A stretch of 63,362 nucleotides of DNA, counting the filler, from Trichomonas gallinae (taxonomy: Eukaryota), in NCBI GenBank assembly GCA_008369845.1. It is 10 parts of 10 records of this genome, joined end to end, with 100 filler letters (N's around TTAATTAATTAA, not from the genome) between each part and the next. Parts side by side here need not be neighbours in the genome. Positions count along the whole stretch, not along the records: positions 11,914 to 24,690 come from MRSU01001542.1; positions 24,791 to 34,263 come from MRSU01001543.1; 8 more parts are not named here. The stretch is one strand, 5' to 3'. A model generated the notes under the pieces. It did not search any database and was not told the origin of the DNA. It saw only the letters and a list, made by a program, of their open reading frames with translations. Numbering within the stretch: the first letter of the stretch is position 1; each line of letters starts with the position of its first letter. The translations under genes and the position numbers were made by a program. This document shows, piece by piece, positions 21,978 through 33,580 of this stretch.

Positions 21978-23489
21978 TTATGCAGGCTGCGGCCTCATTT
22001 CGGGCATTTTGGTGAACGCCATATTTTCTATAGCAAGCCACGTTTGTTTCTTCATCTGTAAAGCAGCCTGGCTGGCCTCCTCATTGTTCTTAACACTCTG
22101 GTTGAACTGCGCAGACTCTTCTTGGCTAACGGAGTCCATACAGATTCTAATAACGGAAACAGCGAGGTTTTTAATGGCTGCATTCCAGTGCTGCATTCCT
22201 GTTGCGTATAGGCGTGGACATATGATAGGTAGAATCTCGTTGGAGTATTTGATAGAAAGTTCAACAAATCTATCGTTCCTCCAGAGAATCATTGCTGCTT
22301 CGCTTACCCTGAATGCGTTTGACTGTACGAGGTCTCCAATCTTGTCGAATAATCTTGTCCTAATCTCATCGAATTGCTCGTCGCTGATGACTTCTAGGAT
22401 GTGATCAAGCTGTTCGATGAACATGACCTCCTTCACTGTTGACGATTTAGGCCAATATTGAAGGAGGCCCTTGAAGAAGTCAACCATAAGCGACGCGTCT
22501 TTCTGTACATATTGTCCGATGCAGATCGCGAGGTTATCAGCGAATGAATGATAGTAATCTGAGCCGTGCAGTGGAAGTAGAATCGAGTGGAAGAACCTAA
22601 GATGCTCTTGTTTAAGCGGTACTGAGTATCCGTTAATAATAGACATGAAAATCTCGAGAATTTCGTTCACTCCACAGAAGAATTTCTCTTCAAACAGGAA
22701 TGTGAACAAGCAATTCTGCATCTCAGCTCTTATCGCTGGACGATGAATATTAAATCTTAAATATATTCTGTGAACCAGCAATTTCAGGACTGTCCTTTCA
22801 CGAATATCCGGAGTATTGAACAGTGCGATGAGTCTATGTAGAAATGTCGGTGTAATATTGTCGACGAATGTTTTTGGATCCATTTTAGGATTTTCTAGGA
22901 AACATTGGAAGCATTTATATACAAGTTCTAAGTGCGGCCATGACGCTTCCTTAATCGTATCTGTAATATCGTCACCCATCATTGGAACACGTGCGAGATC
23001 TGGAATTGGTGGCGCGTAACGAATTATATTAGATTTAAGCATCATAAAGAACTCAACTAATGTATCTTTGTCAACGATTTTGATGAAATCTGGCGTAGAA
23101 ACTTGGCGAATGATAGAATTTAAGAATTTTGTTTTCATGTTGATATTTTTAATGTCCGCGAGTTGATTACTGAAGTTGCACTTAACCTTGCATTGCATCA
23201 AGTATTTTCTAAACAAATTATTATATTCACTTGGCTCAACGGACTCTAGCTCTGGAAGTTCTTCAATTTGCCCGTAGTCGCCTACAGAGTACGTACTTGA
23301 TATATATCTATCATACCTGATGTTTGCTTGGCCTTCGGAGTGCGGAGTAACGAGATTTTGTCGTTTTTTCAGGACTTGGTTGAGCTTCAGCAAGCTCGGA
23401 ACGGCAGCGCGAGGGTTGGCTGACTGAGCAACCTTAGTGCCCATCTTTTGCGTGATAACAGACCGCCTCACAACAGTACGGGGAGGCAT
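21978..23489 (-). CDS. PP2A regulatory subunit B' (B56)
   Basis: EASWPHLELVY, D.RER..LK...HRIY, SIINGY..PLK.EH, YWPK....KEV.F and F.V.EAA..LW.N motifs. Confidence 0.95.
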   Translation of the reverse strand: MPPRTVVRRSVITQKMGTKVAQSANPRAAVPSLLKLNQVLKKRQNLVTPHSEGQANIRYDRYISSTYSVGDYGQIEELPELESVEPSEYNNLFRKYLMQCKVKCNFSNQLADIKNINMKTKFLNSIIRQVSTPDFIKIVDKDTLVEFFMMLKSNIIRYAPPIPDLARVPMMGDDITDTIKEASWPHLELVYKCFQCFLENPKMDPKTFVDNITPTFLHRLIALFNTPDIRERTVLKLLVHRIYLRFNIHRPAIRAEMQNCLFTFLFEEKFFCGVNEILEIFMSIINGYSVPLKQEHLRFFHSILLPLHGSDYYHSFADNLAICIGQYVQKDASLMVDFFKGLLQYWPKSSTVKEVMFIEQLDHILEVISDEQFDEIRTRLFDKIGDLVQSNAFRVSEAAMILWRNDRFVELSIKYSNEILPIICPRLYATGMQHWNAAIKNLAVSVIRICMDSVSQEESAQFNQSVKNNEEASQAALQMKKQTWLAIENMAFTKMPEMRPQPA

Positions 23490-24527
23490 TGTTTTTTAAA
23501 TTTTTTGTGTATAGAAAAAAAAAAAAGAACGTTATTTTGGTTGTTGCTGTTTTTTTGTGTTTTTATTGTTTATTATTGGCAAACAAGGCTGGTGCATTGA
23601 ATTCGAAAATTTGGAAAAAAGTTTTCATCAACAATAACAAAAAAGTCATCGACAACCATATATTTTGTGTATGGATTTGTGGTAAGATATGGGATATTAA
23701 AATGGATCATTTAATATTTTTAATCAAATTTAAGTATTTACCTTTATTTGCTAATGATTTTGATCTACATTTGGTTTTTAGAACATTGGCAGCTCTAGAT
23801 CATACAAATTTTACATTGTCAAGCCATTTTATATGGTAACCATGCCTAAGATTGAAGAATTATTTTTTCAAAATTCAAAAATTTGTTTAATGAAACAATT
23901 GATTTTATGGTTTACTTATGTATAAGACGTTTATCGATATATTCATAGCTAAATTGATTTTTACTTTCTATTTTTTTCATTTTTTTGAAAGTCCACGAAT
24001 CGCAATGACAAATGTGAAAACAACACGAAGTAGATCTGTGAAATGCAAATATAATGTGCGATAATACTGATTGAATGCTGTTGTCAAAAACACGATTTTT
24101 TCGCAAAAATTATAGGCTTCACTTAACAATCTGCTGACATCAGAACCACCATAGTTTGCACATGATGTATATATAAAATTATGCCGATGATTTTAATTTA
24201 TTTCAAAATTCTTATAGTTAATATATGCATTTTCAATCTCAATTTTAACATATCTTCACATTTCACATCTATTCTCCAAATTATTTCCTTTCATCATTGC
24301 AATTTTATCTTTTGGAAAATATTCTACAGATGTCATTAAAAAGCCACCCCGTATCATCATTTAAACATATATAGATCAATATATTGATATAATTGAATGA
24401 TGAATATCATTTCAATCAAATTGGATAAAATTGTTATCACATTCTTCACTAACATATATTCATATTATGATATTGTGATGCAGTAGAATGTATATGAGTT
24501 GCTCATTCGTAAAAAATGTCTAAGATA

Positions 24528-24596
24528 TACCGTCATCCGCTTTTCGGGGATCAGCTGGGTTTTCGGGGATCTATTCAATTTTTTGACTCCCGAAAA
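24528..24596. mobile_element. Putative DNA-transposon terminus with subterminal repeats
   Basis: TA|CCGT start; TTTTCGGGGATC at 24541 and 24560 (19-bp period); inverted near-copy GACTCCCGAAAA at 24585; about 100 bp from a contig end. Confidence 0.5.
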
Positions 24597-24690
24597 TTAA
24601 AATATAGTATATATATATTATATATAGATATGATATAACTGCATTTATTGATTTTGAATAGCTTACAAATGAACGATAAGACAAAAACTC

Positions 24691-24790
24691 NNNNNNNNNN
24701 NNNNNNNNNNNNNNNNNNNNNNNNNNNNNNNNNNTTAATTAATTAANNNNNNNNNNNNNNNNNNNNNNNNNNNNNNNNNNNNNNNNNNNN
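24691..24790. other. Artificial contig-join spacer
   Basis: N44-TTAATTAATTAA-N44. Confidence 0.98.
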
Positions 24791-25348
24791 GGATATGTAG
24801 TCTAAATATCGTTGTTGGGATACATCCTCTATATCTAGAATGACAAGTAGCCCCCGTCATATACTACTATGAATGGATTGTATATTTTGATTCCAATTTG
24901 CAAAAATAGAGGATATTGAATCAGAAATTGAGGCACTAATTCACAATTCTGAGCTTTTGATATTCATCAACATATTTTTTGAACAAAATGGCGTTTTTGT
25001 TGGTTAAAATGAATTACATAATACCATCCTCTATGAATATACAATAATTACTAATTATTTATCGGAAACTTTTTTTTACTTTGCCTGCAGATGAATGCAT
25101 ATCTGTGAACATGAAATCTATTTCACGCGCTATCATATGAGCAAATATTAAATATATATATATATGTTTTCGGATATTGATTCGATTGATCTAAACTATT
25201 ATACAATTCCGAAAAAGATAATTATTTTACGATTTTAATTGATCGAATAGATTGTTATAATGCAGTATAGTTCATTGTCATATACTAAAGTTCGAAATTT
25301 GTTTCCCGAATTTGATGACAAAAATTATTTCAAATTTTGACATAAATT

Positions 25349-25510
25349 AATTTTCATAACTTTACGTGTCAGATAAAAGAAATAAAATTGACCAATTGTT
25401 AGACTACATAAAAAGAATAAATCGATGATTAATTCAAAAAATGAATTTTCATAACTTTACGTGTCAGATGAAATTATTTAAGATTGACCTATAGTTAGAC
25501 CACGAAAAAG
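25349..25510. repeat. ~95-bp-period tandem duplication in a promoter
   Basis: The 26-mer aattttcataactttacgtgtcagat is identical at 25349 and 25444; similarity continues through attgacc...gttagac.. Confidence 0.9.
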
Positions 25511-25605
25511 GAGTAAAATGGTAGAATATTGGTCGGAGGCGGTTCAGTTGTCACTTTTTGATTCTTGATTTGAAAGGAAAACGATGAGAAAATCAAAGAT
25601 TTTAG

Positions 25606-26835
25606 ATGGTTAGTCTTGCTGCTGAGCTTGCTCTTGCAGGCCTTATGCTGAGCACTGGCTCTCTCAACACTATCTCTAAGAAGGTAATGTACCAGACAAA
25701 AGGCATCACAATTGATGGCGGAGAAGAATTATATCGTAAGCCATGGCTTTGCACACTTGTTATGTTCTGTGGTGAATCCATGTGTATGCTCTTCTTCTAT
25801 CTTTTTGCTCTCTATTTCAAGTGCACAAAGAAGAAAATCGACAACGAATCTCTTACAACAGTTTCTGAAGTCTCCGAAAAGCCAAAAGAATCAAAGATCG
25901 AATTCGTTACACGTGAGGAAACAGAAAGCAACCCAACAGGCGGATTAAACTGGAAGTTCCCATTCTTCGTTACATTATTCGCCTCATGTGATTTACTTTC
26001 AACAACATTCACAGGTATTGGCCTCGTATACTGCAATGCTTCTGTAATTCAGATCCTTCGTGGCTTCGTTATCGTTTTCACAATGTTATTCGCCTGGGTT
26101 TTCCTTAAACGCAGGCCAAAGCTCAACCAAGTTATCGGTGTCCTCTTCGCCCTTCTCGGTCTCTGCATGGTTGGTGGATCTGCCGTTGCATCTGATGCTA
26201 CAAGTGGCAAAACTCAGCACTCTATCACAGAAACGTTTCTCGGTATTGGTTTAACACTCCTTGCCCAGGTCTTCTCATCCATCCAGTTCGTTTTCGAAGA
26301 AAAATTACTCAAGGGTGGCAACGTCAAGCCAATCCCATCCCTCTTCCTCGTCGGCGCTGAAGGCATTGCTGGTGTCATCCTTTCCATTGCAGTTGCTCTT
26401 CCAACAGTCAACGCTATCCACGGCAGCGATCATGGATCATACGAAAACCTCAAGAACTCAGTCTACATGTTATTCCACAACACACAGATCACCATCTTGC
26501 AGTTCTTGTACTTCGCCTCCATCGCCTTCTTCAACTGGTCCTCATTCGTCTACTCCAAGGCTCTCTCTGCCACAGCCAGAACACTCGTCGACGCGTGCAG
26601 AACAATCGTTGTCTGGGCGACAATGGCAACAATCTACTACCCGACACACCACGGCTACGGTGAGCCAGTCTCACTCTGGTCCATCCTCCAGGGCTGCGGC
26701 TTCATCATGATGCTCCTCGGCACAACAACACACAACAACATCGCAGGCGTGGGTGACAAGGTTACAAACAACTGCTGCTGCTGTTGCGTTAAAAAGGATG
26801 TTGTTAATCCACAACCACTCCTCCAAAATAAATAA
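25606..26835 (+). CDS. SLC35F6-like DMT / nucleotide-sugar-transporter-family membrane protein
   Basis: About 10 hydrophobic segments; KPW..T..MF.GE..C, ASV.Q.LRG..IVFT, Q.V.EEKLL, SA..RTLVD.CRT..VW; C-terminal CCCCC. Confidence 0.88.
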   Translation: MVSLAAELALAGLMLSTGSLNTISKKVMYQTKGITIDGGEELYRKPWLCTLVMFCGESMCMLFFYLFALYFKCTKKKIDNESLTTVSEVSEKPKESKIEFVTREETESNPTGGLNWKFPFFVTLFASCDLLSTTFTGIGLVYCNASVIQILRGFVIVFTMLFAWVFLKRRPKLNQVIGVLFALLGLCMVGGSAVASDATSGKTQHSITETFLGIGLTLLAQVFSSIQFVFEEKLLKGGNVKPIPSLFLVGAEGIAGVILSIAVALPTVNAIHGSDHGSYENLKNSVYMLFHNTQITILQFLYFASIAFFNWSSFVYSKALSATARTLVDACRTIVVWATMATIYYPTHHGYGEPVSLWSILQGCGFIMMLLGTTTHNNIAGVGDKVTNNCCCCCVKKDVVNPQPLLQNK

Positions 26836-27099
26836 AACATACATAATTCTAGTTTACTATAATTATAACAATAAATTTTCATAATTATAGCAAATTTTAT
26901 ATTTTGATGCAATGATATGATTTGTCAAAAATGAAAACTTTTTTTTTAGGTATTCAACACTTCAATGATGATTTCTTCTGCCCAGCGCCAGCACCAAATT
27001 GCAGAAGAATCTCTTAGATACAAAATAAAGAATGATCATTGAGAACGTATTTTTAGTTATAAATGCAATTGAAATGGTTTTTGTAAAAAATGAAACGCA

Positions 27100-27300
27100 A
27101 AACACTGCATCATGAGATATTCTCATAACTCTATCCTTCTAAGAAAAATCTATGCTTGACAACCCTAATGAATTGATCAGACTTTTTCATTCAATTTATG
27201 AAACTAATATAAAAACATTAAAAATCTGAAGATAAAAACAGCATTAATGAATGCTTCATATAATGGCCATTAAAATGCATTCAAACATATTATCTCTGTT
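27100..27300 (+). pseudogene. Ankyrin-repeat remnant
   Basis: aaaacagcattaatgaatgcttcatataatggccat (KTALMNASYNGH) among stops. Confidence 0.5.
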
Positions 27301-27463
27301 ATTGTTCTTATTAGACTCGCTATTCTTCGTTAATGAATAGGCATTTTCGAGTCGTTTTTTGTTTGTTAATATGTTGGAAAAATTAGTTAAAATTTTTGAC
27401 ATTTGACACTTTACAAAGTAGGAAAACTTTGTAAAATTTTGGCCACTTTTTTTAAAATTTTTG

Positions 27464-29926
27464 ATGTCTTTGCTTCACTACTGTAAGCTTCTTTATAACC
27501 ACGTTCACGAGAGCACGAGTGGAGCATCGTACATACCTGAATCCATAGATTGGGATGAATTCTGGAAAGTTATTCTCAGTGCATCAGAAGAATCCGCTCA
27601 ATCATTAAGCGGAATTGCTCAGTTACTTGATGTTGCATCGTCAGAAGGCTCCAAATCCAATTCAATCGTCGCTGCAGTTAAAAAATTTTCGGATCACAAT
27701 GTTTCAATCAAAGAAAGAATCAAAAGCGCGGATGGACTTATAGGTTTTATGTCCTACTTCGACGAAAAATTGATGATGAGCGTAATAAAATCGTTTATTG
27801 ACATACTTCGAATTCTTTGCAAATCTCCTGAAACGATTCCATTCAAAATGCTATGCAAAATGTCTATACTAGGCGCCATAGATGTTGATTTAATCGAAAA
27901 AATCTACCAATACCTTATTAATCTTCCAAGAGAAGATTTAGTTCCAGCAGCTTTAATGCACAGCTTATTATACACGCAATACGTAGGTACACTTGATGAT
28001 GAAACTGAACTTGAATTAGAAACAGTTTTAAACTATCTTGATAACTTAATTTTAACATTAACTTACGGAACGCCAATAGAATGTGCTGCAGCATGCCACC
28101 TTGAGCACACTATTGGATATTGTTCGGAAGATGATCCAAACATGCTTCTTAGAGAAATACTTGAGCCAGCAATTAAATTAGCTTGCAATTCGGATCCAGC
28201 TCTCGCAAAACAAGGTCATGAAGCTGTCAAAGCACTGTTTTATAATCGTATATGCATCTCCTATTCAGATATTGTTACTTTCTTAGGCTACAGATCGGAA
28301 TATAAGAATATTCATTATTTCTATAAGGAATGCTCTGTTCTTGCTGTGGAAAATGATGATGAGGATATAGATGATGAAACTAATGACTATGTTCTCTCAG
28401 AAAACTCGCAAAAGAAAATAATGAAATTTTTGCATCGCATTATTGTTGATCCTTCAATATCAGATCATGAACGTGCCGAAGCACTGATGACAGTTTATAA
28501 GCTAACAACGAGCGGAATTGATATCGCGCAAAATTATTATGAAGAAGAAACAGAATATGCCTTGCAGCTCGTCAATGCAGGTAAAAAGGAATACTTTGGC
28601 TTCATTGCTATGTTTTTTACATTGCCATCTGTCTTTGGAAACACATATATTCACAAAAAAATTATGAAAGTTATTCCAACGCTTTATAATGTCGCTATTG
28701 GACCAATGGAGAACGACAAGATATGCGGAGTTATTGGAGAAGGTTTAGCACAGATCGTTGTCTCAGACGAATTCGCAGAATTCAGGCCGAGCATCGTCAA
28801 ACTTATCTTGAAACTCTTCCAGAGCCCTACAGTGATAAACATCTACAGCGCGACGATGATGGTTTCGCACATGAAGACTAAAATTGACGAGCACGATGCT
28901 GCGCAGATATACAAGGACGCAATCACAGCAGTAATCAACTGCAAAGACGAGAAAATATGCGCGATGAGCGTTTTCAAGAGTTTGAAGACATTAATCAAAA
29001 GATTTCCTGTCGACGAAAAGACAACATTGGACTTTCTTTCGCTTCTCCTTGAAGGCAAGATCGCTGTGCTTAACAACATCCCGCTTTTCTATCACGAAGA
29101 GAACCTAGAGATATACAACTACATCAAATTCATTTTCTTGAAATTTAAGTCTGCTATTCCAGCGTATTCATCTAAATTCGTCGAATTCTTCGTGACGGCG
29201 ATTAATGACATGAAACTCTCCGCATTAATCCCCGTCACAGCAATGATCCAGAAGCAGGGATTAGACAGAGAACAGTGCAGCCAAATCTTGCACACTTGTT
29301 ATAATATTTTCGATCAGCTCGGAGAAGGCTACAATAATACACTGACTCAGGCAGCCGCGTGTGTTATGCACATCACAAAGATTTTCCCTGATTTAGTTTC
29401 GCCGACAGCTGTCGTTCCTATGATGAAGGACGTCGTTGAATCTTTCGAGGACTCTGATTCGGGCGATTTCAAGGGCACGCACTACTTCTTCAACATACTA
29501 CTGATGTTTTTGATAAATGCTGAAGAGCAGCTCGAAGACGAAGACACAATAATGGAGATGATAATGATACAAGCTGAAGATTTCGATTTCGATCCGAAAG
29601 AACAGTTCACTGACGAAACTCTCGGAAGAATGAGTCTGCTCACTGCTAAAATGCCGGACAGCAGCATCGCTGGCCCGCTGCTTGTCGTGATGTGTCAGTA
29701 CTTGCTCTCTCCGAGACTGCTGGAGCTGCACAACATATCATCAACGACTGAGAAAGAAATGAGAAGCAATGTTAGGAAGGTTGCTGCTGAAAATAGCGAA
29801 GCGAGAAGTTATCTTTACGAACGCATTGCAACGACTTATGGAACGAAGAGGAATTTGAACAGGCTTCTCAAAGAAAGAATTACGTCATCTGAATCGTTCT
29901 CTAGTGTCGGATCTGACAAAAAATAA
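27464..29926 (+). CDS. Hypothetical HEAT/ARM-like alpha-helical protein
   Basis: 820-aa ORF of amphipathic helices with acidic linkers; ATG at 27464. Confidence 0.65.
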   Translation: MSLLHYCKLLYNHVHESTSGASYIPESIDWDEFWKVILSASEESAQSLSGIAQLLDVASSEGSKSNSIVAAVKKFSDHNVSIKERIKSADGLIGFMSYFDEKLMMSVIKSFIDILRILCKSPETIPFKMLCKMSILGAIDVDLIEKIYQYLINLPREDLVPAALMHSLLYTQYVGTLDDETELELETVLNYLDNLILTLTYGTPIECAAACHLEHTIGYCSEDDPNMLLREILEPAIKLACNSDPALAKQGHEAVKALFYNRICISYSDIVTFLGYRSEYKNIHYFYKECSVLAVENDDEDIDDETNDYVLSENSQKKIMKFLHRIIVDPSISDHERAEALMTVYKLTTSGIDIAQNYYEEETEYALQLVNAGKKEYFGFIAMFFTLPSVFGNTYIHKKIMKVIPTLYNVAIGPMENDKICGVIGEGLAQIVVSDEFAEFRPSIVKLILKLFQSPTVINIYSATMMVSHMKTKIDEHDAAQIYKDAITAVINCKDEKICAMSVFKSLKTLIKRFPVDEKTTLDFLSLLLEGKIAVLNNIPLFYHEENLEIYNYIKFIFLKFKSAIPAYSSKFVEFFVTAINDMKLSALIPVTAMIQKQGLDREQCSQILHTCYNIFDQLGEGYNNTLTQAAACVMHITKIFPDLVSPTAVVPMMKDVVESFEDSDSGDFKGTHYFFNILLMFLINAEEQLEDEDTIMEMIMIQAEDFDFDPKEQFTDETLGRMSLLTAKMPDSSIAGPLLVVMCQYLLSPRLLELHNISSTTEKEMRSNVRKVAAENSEARSYLYERIATTYGTKRNLNRLLKERITSSESFSSVGSDKK

Positions 29927-30245
29927 TTTTATTTTCCAAAAAAATCAAAATCACCAAAAATTCACTTTGTGCTTGATGTTTTCTTTGTAGTTGATGAATT
30001 GTAATTCAATAGAATTGGATTTCAAAATATTGAATTATATTGATATTAGTTTTATATTAGTTTTTGTTATTTTTTGCTAAAGTATAGATTATATATAAAA
30101 TATTTATTCATTACAAACAAAAACATAATAAAATATAATTAAATATTTCGAGTTATATCACTTCAAATTGACAATATCACATTTAAGCCAGCGATTACCA
30201 ATAAAATTTCATCTTTCACGCCTCGTTTTCTGTCAATTGTGGTAA

Positions 30246-31376
30246 TTACCATTTGTAATCAGCTGCTTTCTTTAATTGGTCGTCATTGGGGTTAAATATC
30301 TTCTTTACGCGTTTGGATCTAAATTTTGGTCTTTCTTCTTCATCATTTATTGCTGAATATTGTGAATCAAAGATTGAGCTCTTTGTATCATTTGGAAAAC
30401 TCTCTTCTTCATGTACAGATACAAAAGATGGTTCTTCTAGCAATGATTCTTCTGATATAAAATGCATTTTTGATGAAGTTGAGACTCGACTGTCATTTAA
30501 GTTCCTCACAGGCTGCTCACTAGGATCCTTGTACTCATTCTTCACTTTAATCGTGAATTCAAATGGGTCTTCCTGTAAAGTATTGAAATTCGATTTTTTA
30601 ATTGAGTTTTCTGTTTGAACTTCTGCTGGTGTTAGTTTCTTCTTTCTCTCAATTTCCTCTAATTCGTTGAATTCGCGTTCTACTGGTGGACTTAATTTAT
30701 CTTTCAAATCTTGTTCATTGTTGTAGAAAATAATAGAAGTTCTTACCTTGCCACATATGGCTGATGTAGACACTGAGTAAATTTCAACCCATTTATCTTT
30801 CATTGTTATACAAATTGGCCCATCAACATAAGATGAGTTGAAATCCAAGAAGCCTATAGCGAGAGGTTGTCTGTTTCCATCTGATCCAAGTTCCCAAACA
30901 ACAAATTGAGGAACCCATTTTTTAAGATCAAATCCTGTTGTTTGTATCTTGAAGCCTGCGTTATATATGGCATGCTTAGTGCCATGGTAACTGCTTGTAA
31001 CGATTTCTTGGTCTTCATCTGTAAATTGTAATGTAATGTAGGTATTTCTGCATAATTGGCTCGGAGTGAAACTATATTTGGCTTCATAAAAGCATATGAC
31101 GACGTTGAAGTAATTTGAAAACTCTGGCGCTAAAAAATTTCGAGGATTCAAATCAATTTCTACTTCGACTTGTTTCTTTTTTGGCTGTGGTCTTTCTATA
31201 ACACTTCTTCTGGCTATTTTCGACTTTTTGGGAACTGGAATTCGAGATTTAACATTTTTTGGTTCATCGAAGGATAACTCGCTTATTTCGCTTGCATTTA
31301 TATGCTCACCATCAAAAAATATTTCAGACTGCGACGCATCGTCATGAATACTCGAGATTTCATCAAGAGAATCCAT
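30246..31376 (-). CDS. Hypothetical protein with a probable C2-like domain
   Basis: A central beta-rich segment (EAKY...NTYITLQF...YNAGF...FVVWE...CGKVRTSI) between low-complexity termini. Confidence 0.6.
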   Translation of the reverse strand: MDSLDEISSIHDDASQSEIFFDGEHINASEISELSFDEPKNVKSRIPVPKKSKIARRSVIERPQPKKKQVEVEIDLNPRNFLAPEFSNYFNVVICFYEAKYSFTPSQLCRNTYITLQFTDEDQEIVTSSYHGTKHAIYNAGFKIQTTGFDLKKWVPQFVVWELGSDGNRQPLAIGFLDFNSSYVDGPICITMKDKWVEIYSVSTSAICGKVRTSIIFYNNEQDLKDKLSPPVEREFNELEEIERKKKLTPAEVQTENSIKKSNFNTLQEDPFEFTIKVKNEYKDPSEQPVRNLNDSRVSTSSKMHFISEESLLEEPSFVSVHEEESFPNDTKSSIFDSQYSAINDEEERPKFRSKRVKKIFNPNDDQLKKAADYKW

Positions 31377-31477
31377 GGATCTAAAAAAGTGAACGTTTAA
31401 AAAAACTCATTATGATATGACGCGTAAATTGTAAATACGTCGGAATCTGACATGTAATTTTATCACTTTTTTTAAAA

Positions 31478-32348
31478 ATGAACTCCACCAGTGTTGGAGA
31501 TATTCAACCAATACACACGATGCTTTCTAATGATACTCTCATCAAAAAGTTTCATAAGGACGAACTCTGTACTTGTTTGAAAAGTACTAAGTTAACTTTC
31601 AGCGAAGTTTCATCATTTTACCAACATATTAAATCGATTTACGAAATTGTAGACAGATTCGATATAATCCGTCACTTGTCTATTGATTTCGGAGAGATTA
31701 AGAATATCTAAATGGCAACAATTCTTGTATTACTCAGAATCTTTGGGAATAGCATTGAATGGGATGTGTTTGATACTATTGTTGAGATCATCGTGTCTGC
31801 ATCTTCCCGGAAAAGCAGCAAAATAACAAGAATATCAAAGCTTTGAAATCTGTTTCTAGTTATGACTTCGATTCAATCTATGAAATTTTCAACAACACTG
31901 CAGATGAAAATGATACCGAAGCCATGTCTTTCGCTATAAATAAAAATTTACACAAGAGAATCAATTTTCTTGAAAAGGATATCTTTCTTACTCTTTGGAA
32001 AAATATGACTTCAATCTCACCCATCTTATGATAGAATTTGGTGTTGTTTACACACAAAATTTATCTGCCCGAAATACATAAATAAAAACCAAAGATGCAT
32101 AATATTTTTTCAAAATCCCACATTTCGATGACAACTCAAAGGACGGAAACGACAATACAGCTTTGATTTATGCTTCATATTATAGTCGTTATGATATTGT
32201 CAAACTACTTCTCAAGGTTCCTGGAATAGATGTCAAAGCAAAATACAATGACAACGATACAGCTTTGATTTATGCTTCATATTATGGATATTATGATGTT
32301 GTCAGTTTACTTCTCAAGGTTCCTGGAATAGACACTTTCATAAATTGA
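31478..32348 (+). pseudogene. Frameshifted ankyrin-repeat gene
   Basis: Inr TCACT at 31463 and ATG 31478; three out-of-frame pieces; two 99-bp ankyrin repeats (TALIYASYY..YD.V.LLLKVPGID). Confidence 0.82.
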
Positions 32349-32845
32349 TTTAATTATGAATGTTTAAATAACTTAGAGCAAAATAATTAATTAAAAAAGA
32401 AAACTAAGATGTTAATAACTTGTTATTATCAAAGAATTATTGTATATTTACTGACTTTATCCTGACTATATAGTTATATATTACTTCTTACACAAAAATT
32501 TTCATGGTGAAAAAAGATGTTGTTAAAGGCTCATCACTGATGATTAAAAAAATATTAAAGCTGATGATGAAGCATGCATTGTATCATAAAATCAACATCC
32601 ATTATAAACTTTTCATCGATAAATCGATTTTAATTTGATTTACAGAAAAATATAGTTTTGTTTTATTTCTGGACTAAAGTGTATATAATTGCATTGTTTT
32701 TGACCTAAAAATGGTAAGATGCATATCAAAATTTCAAAATAACAAAAATATGCAATAATTATGGGAAAAATTGGAATTTTTATGTTTTGTATGAAATTAT
32801 CTAGTTAAAAGATAATTAGTTAAAACAAAAATACAAACAAAATCT

Positions 32846-33580
32846 TTAGCGTGAATTAATTTTGAGCAAGAGTGGGCGAACATCATCGAAGGTGCGAAGA
32901 CGATCGACAACAACAGAAAGTGTATCGAGTTCTCTGTCATGTGGGTCCCCAGTGAAAGCTGGAATCTTGACAGCGTTCTCGTAATGTCCACCGAAAGACT
33001 CGATGGAGTCATCGACCAATACTGTCCTTTCCGCTTTGGTGCCAATGACAGAGATGTCCTTTATATATGTGTTCTGCTGTGTCTGCTTGCAAGAATTGCG
33101 ATAAAATTTGCCAGCGAAAATTTTCCCGAGAGGATCCAGATAGGATATTATCTGGTTAGCATACTCAGGCTCTGAAGCCGTGAATATGTATGGATTGACT
33201 ATTTTAGAGATTTTGGATAAAAATGTATCCAAATGTGGCCTCTTTGTAATATAAAGTGTGATTGGCTTTCCATCATTGTCCAGTAGGGAGATTGTGAAAT
33301 CGTATGATTGGTTTGGTTCGAGGCTTGCTGAGATAAGAGTATTATCCAAGTCCAATAATAAGGTAAGTGGAGAAATAAAGCTTGATTGGCTCCTTTTGAA
33401 GCTTGGTTGTGCACTTGCTGCAACATAATTTGGTTGAAAGTTATTCATATTTGAATCTACCGAAATTCTTCGTGGGTAGCGGCCTTCTTTTTCTGTGCTG
33501 GCTTCCCAGCATCCATCATCGCTGAATTCGTCATCTGAATCAATGACTGTCTCTAGCTTCGCGGATTCGTTGATCATCAT
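32846..33580 (-). CDS. NIF/FCP1-SCP family (CTD small) phosphatase
   Basis: DLDNTL, KRPHLDTFL, FTAS..YA..I...LDP, YIKD.S and VDD motifs. ATG at 33580 with Inr TCATT at 33593-33589. Confidence 0.93.
   Translation of the reverse strand: MMINESAKLETVIDSDDEFSDDGCWEASTEKEGRYPRRISVDSNMNNFQPNYVAASAQPSFKRSQSSFISPLTLLLDLDNTLISASLEPNQSYDFTISLLDNDGKPITLYITKRPHLDTFLSKISKIVNPYIFTASEPEYANQIISYLDPLGKIFAGKFYRNSCKQTQQNTYIKDISVIGTKAERTVLVDDSIESFGGHYENAVKIPAFTGDPHDRELDTLSVVVDRLRTFDDVRPLLLKINSR

Noticed and set aside
732..23489. Mitotic gene cluster (GCP, CIP2A-like, cyclin B, DYRK, B56)
   Set aside because: The genes lie on four contigs joined artificially, the families are large in trichomonads, and unrelated genes are interspersed.
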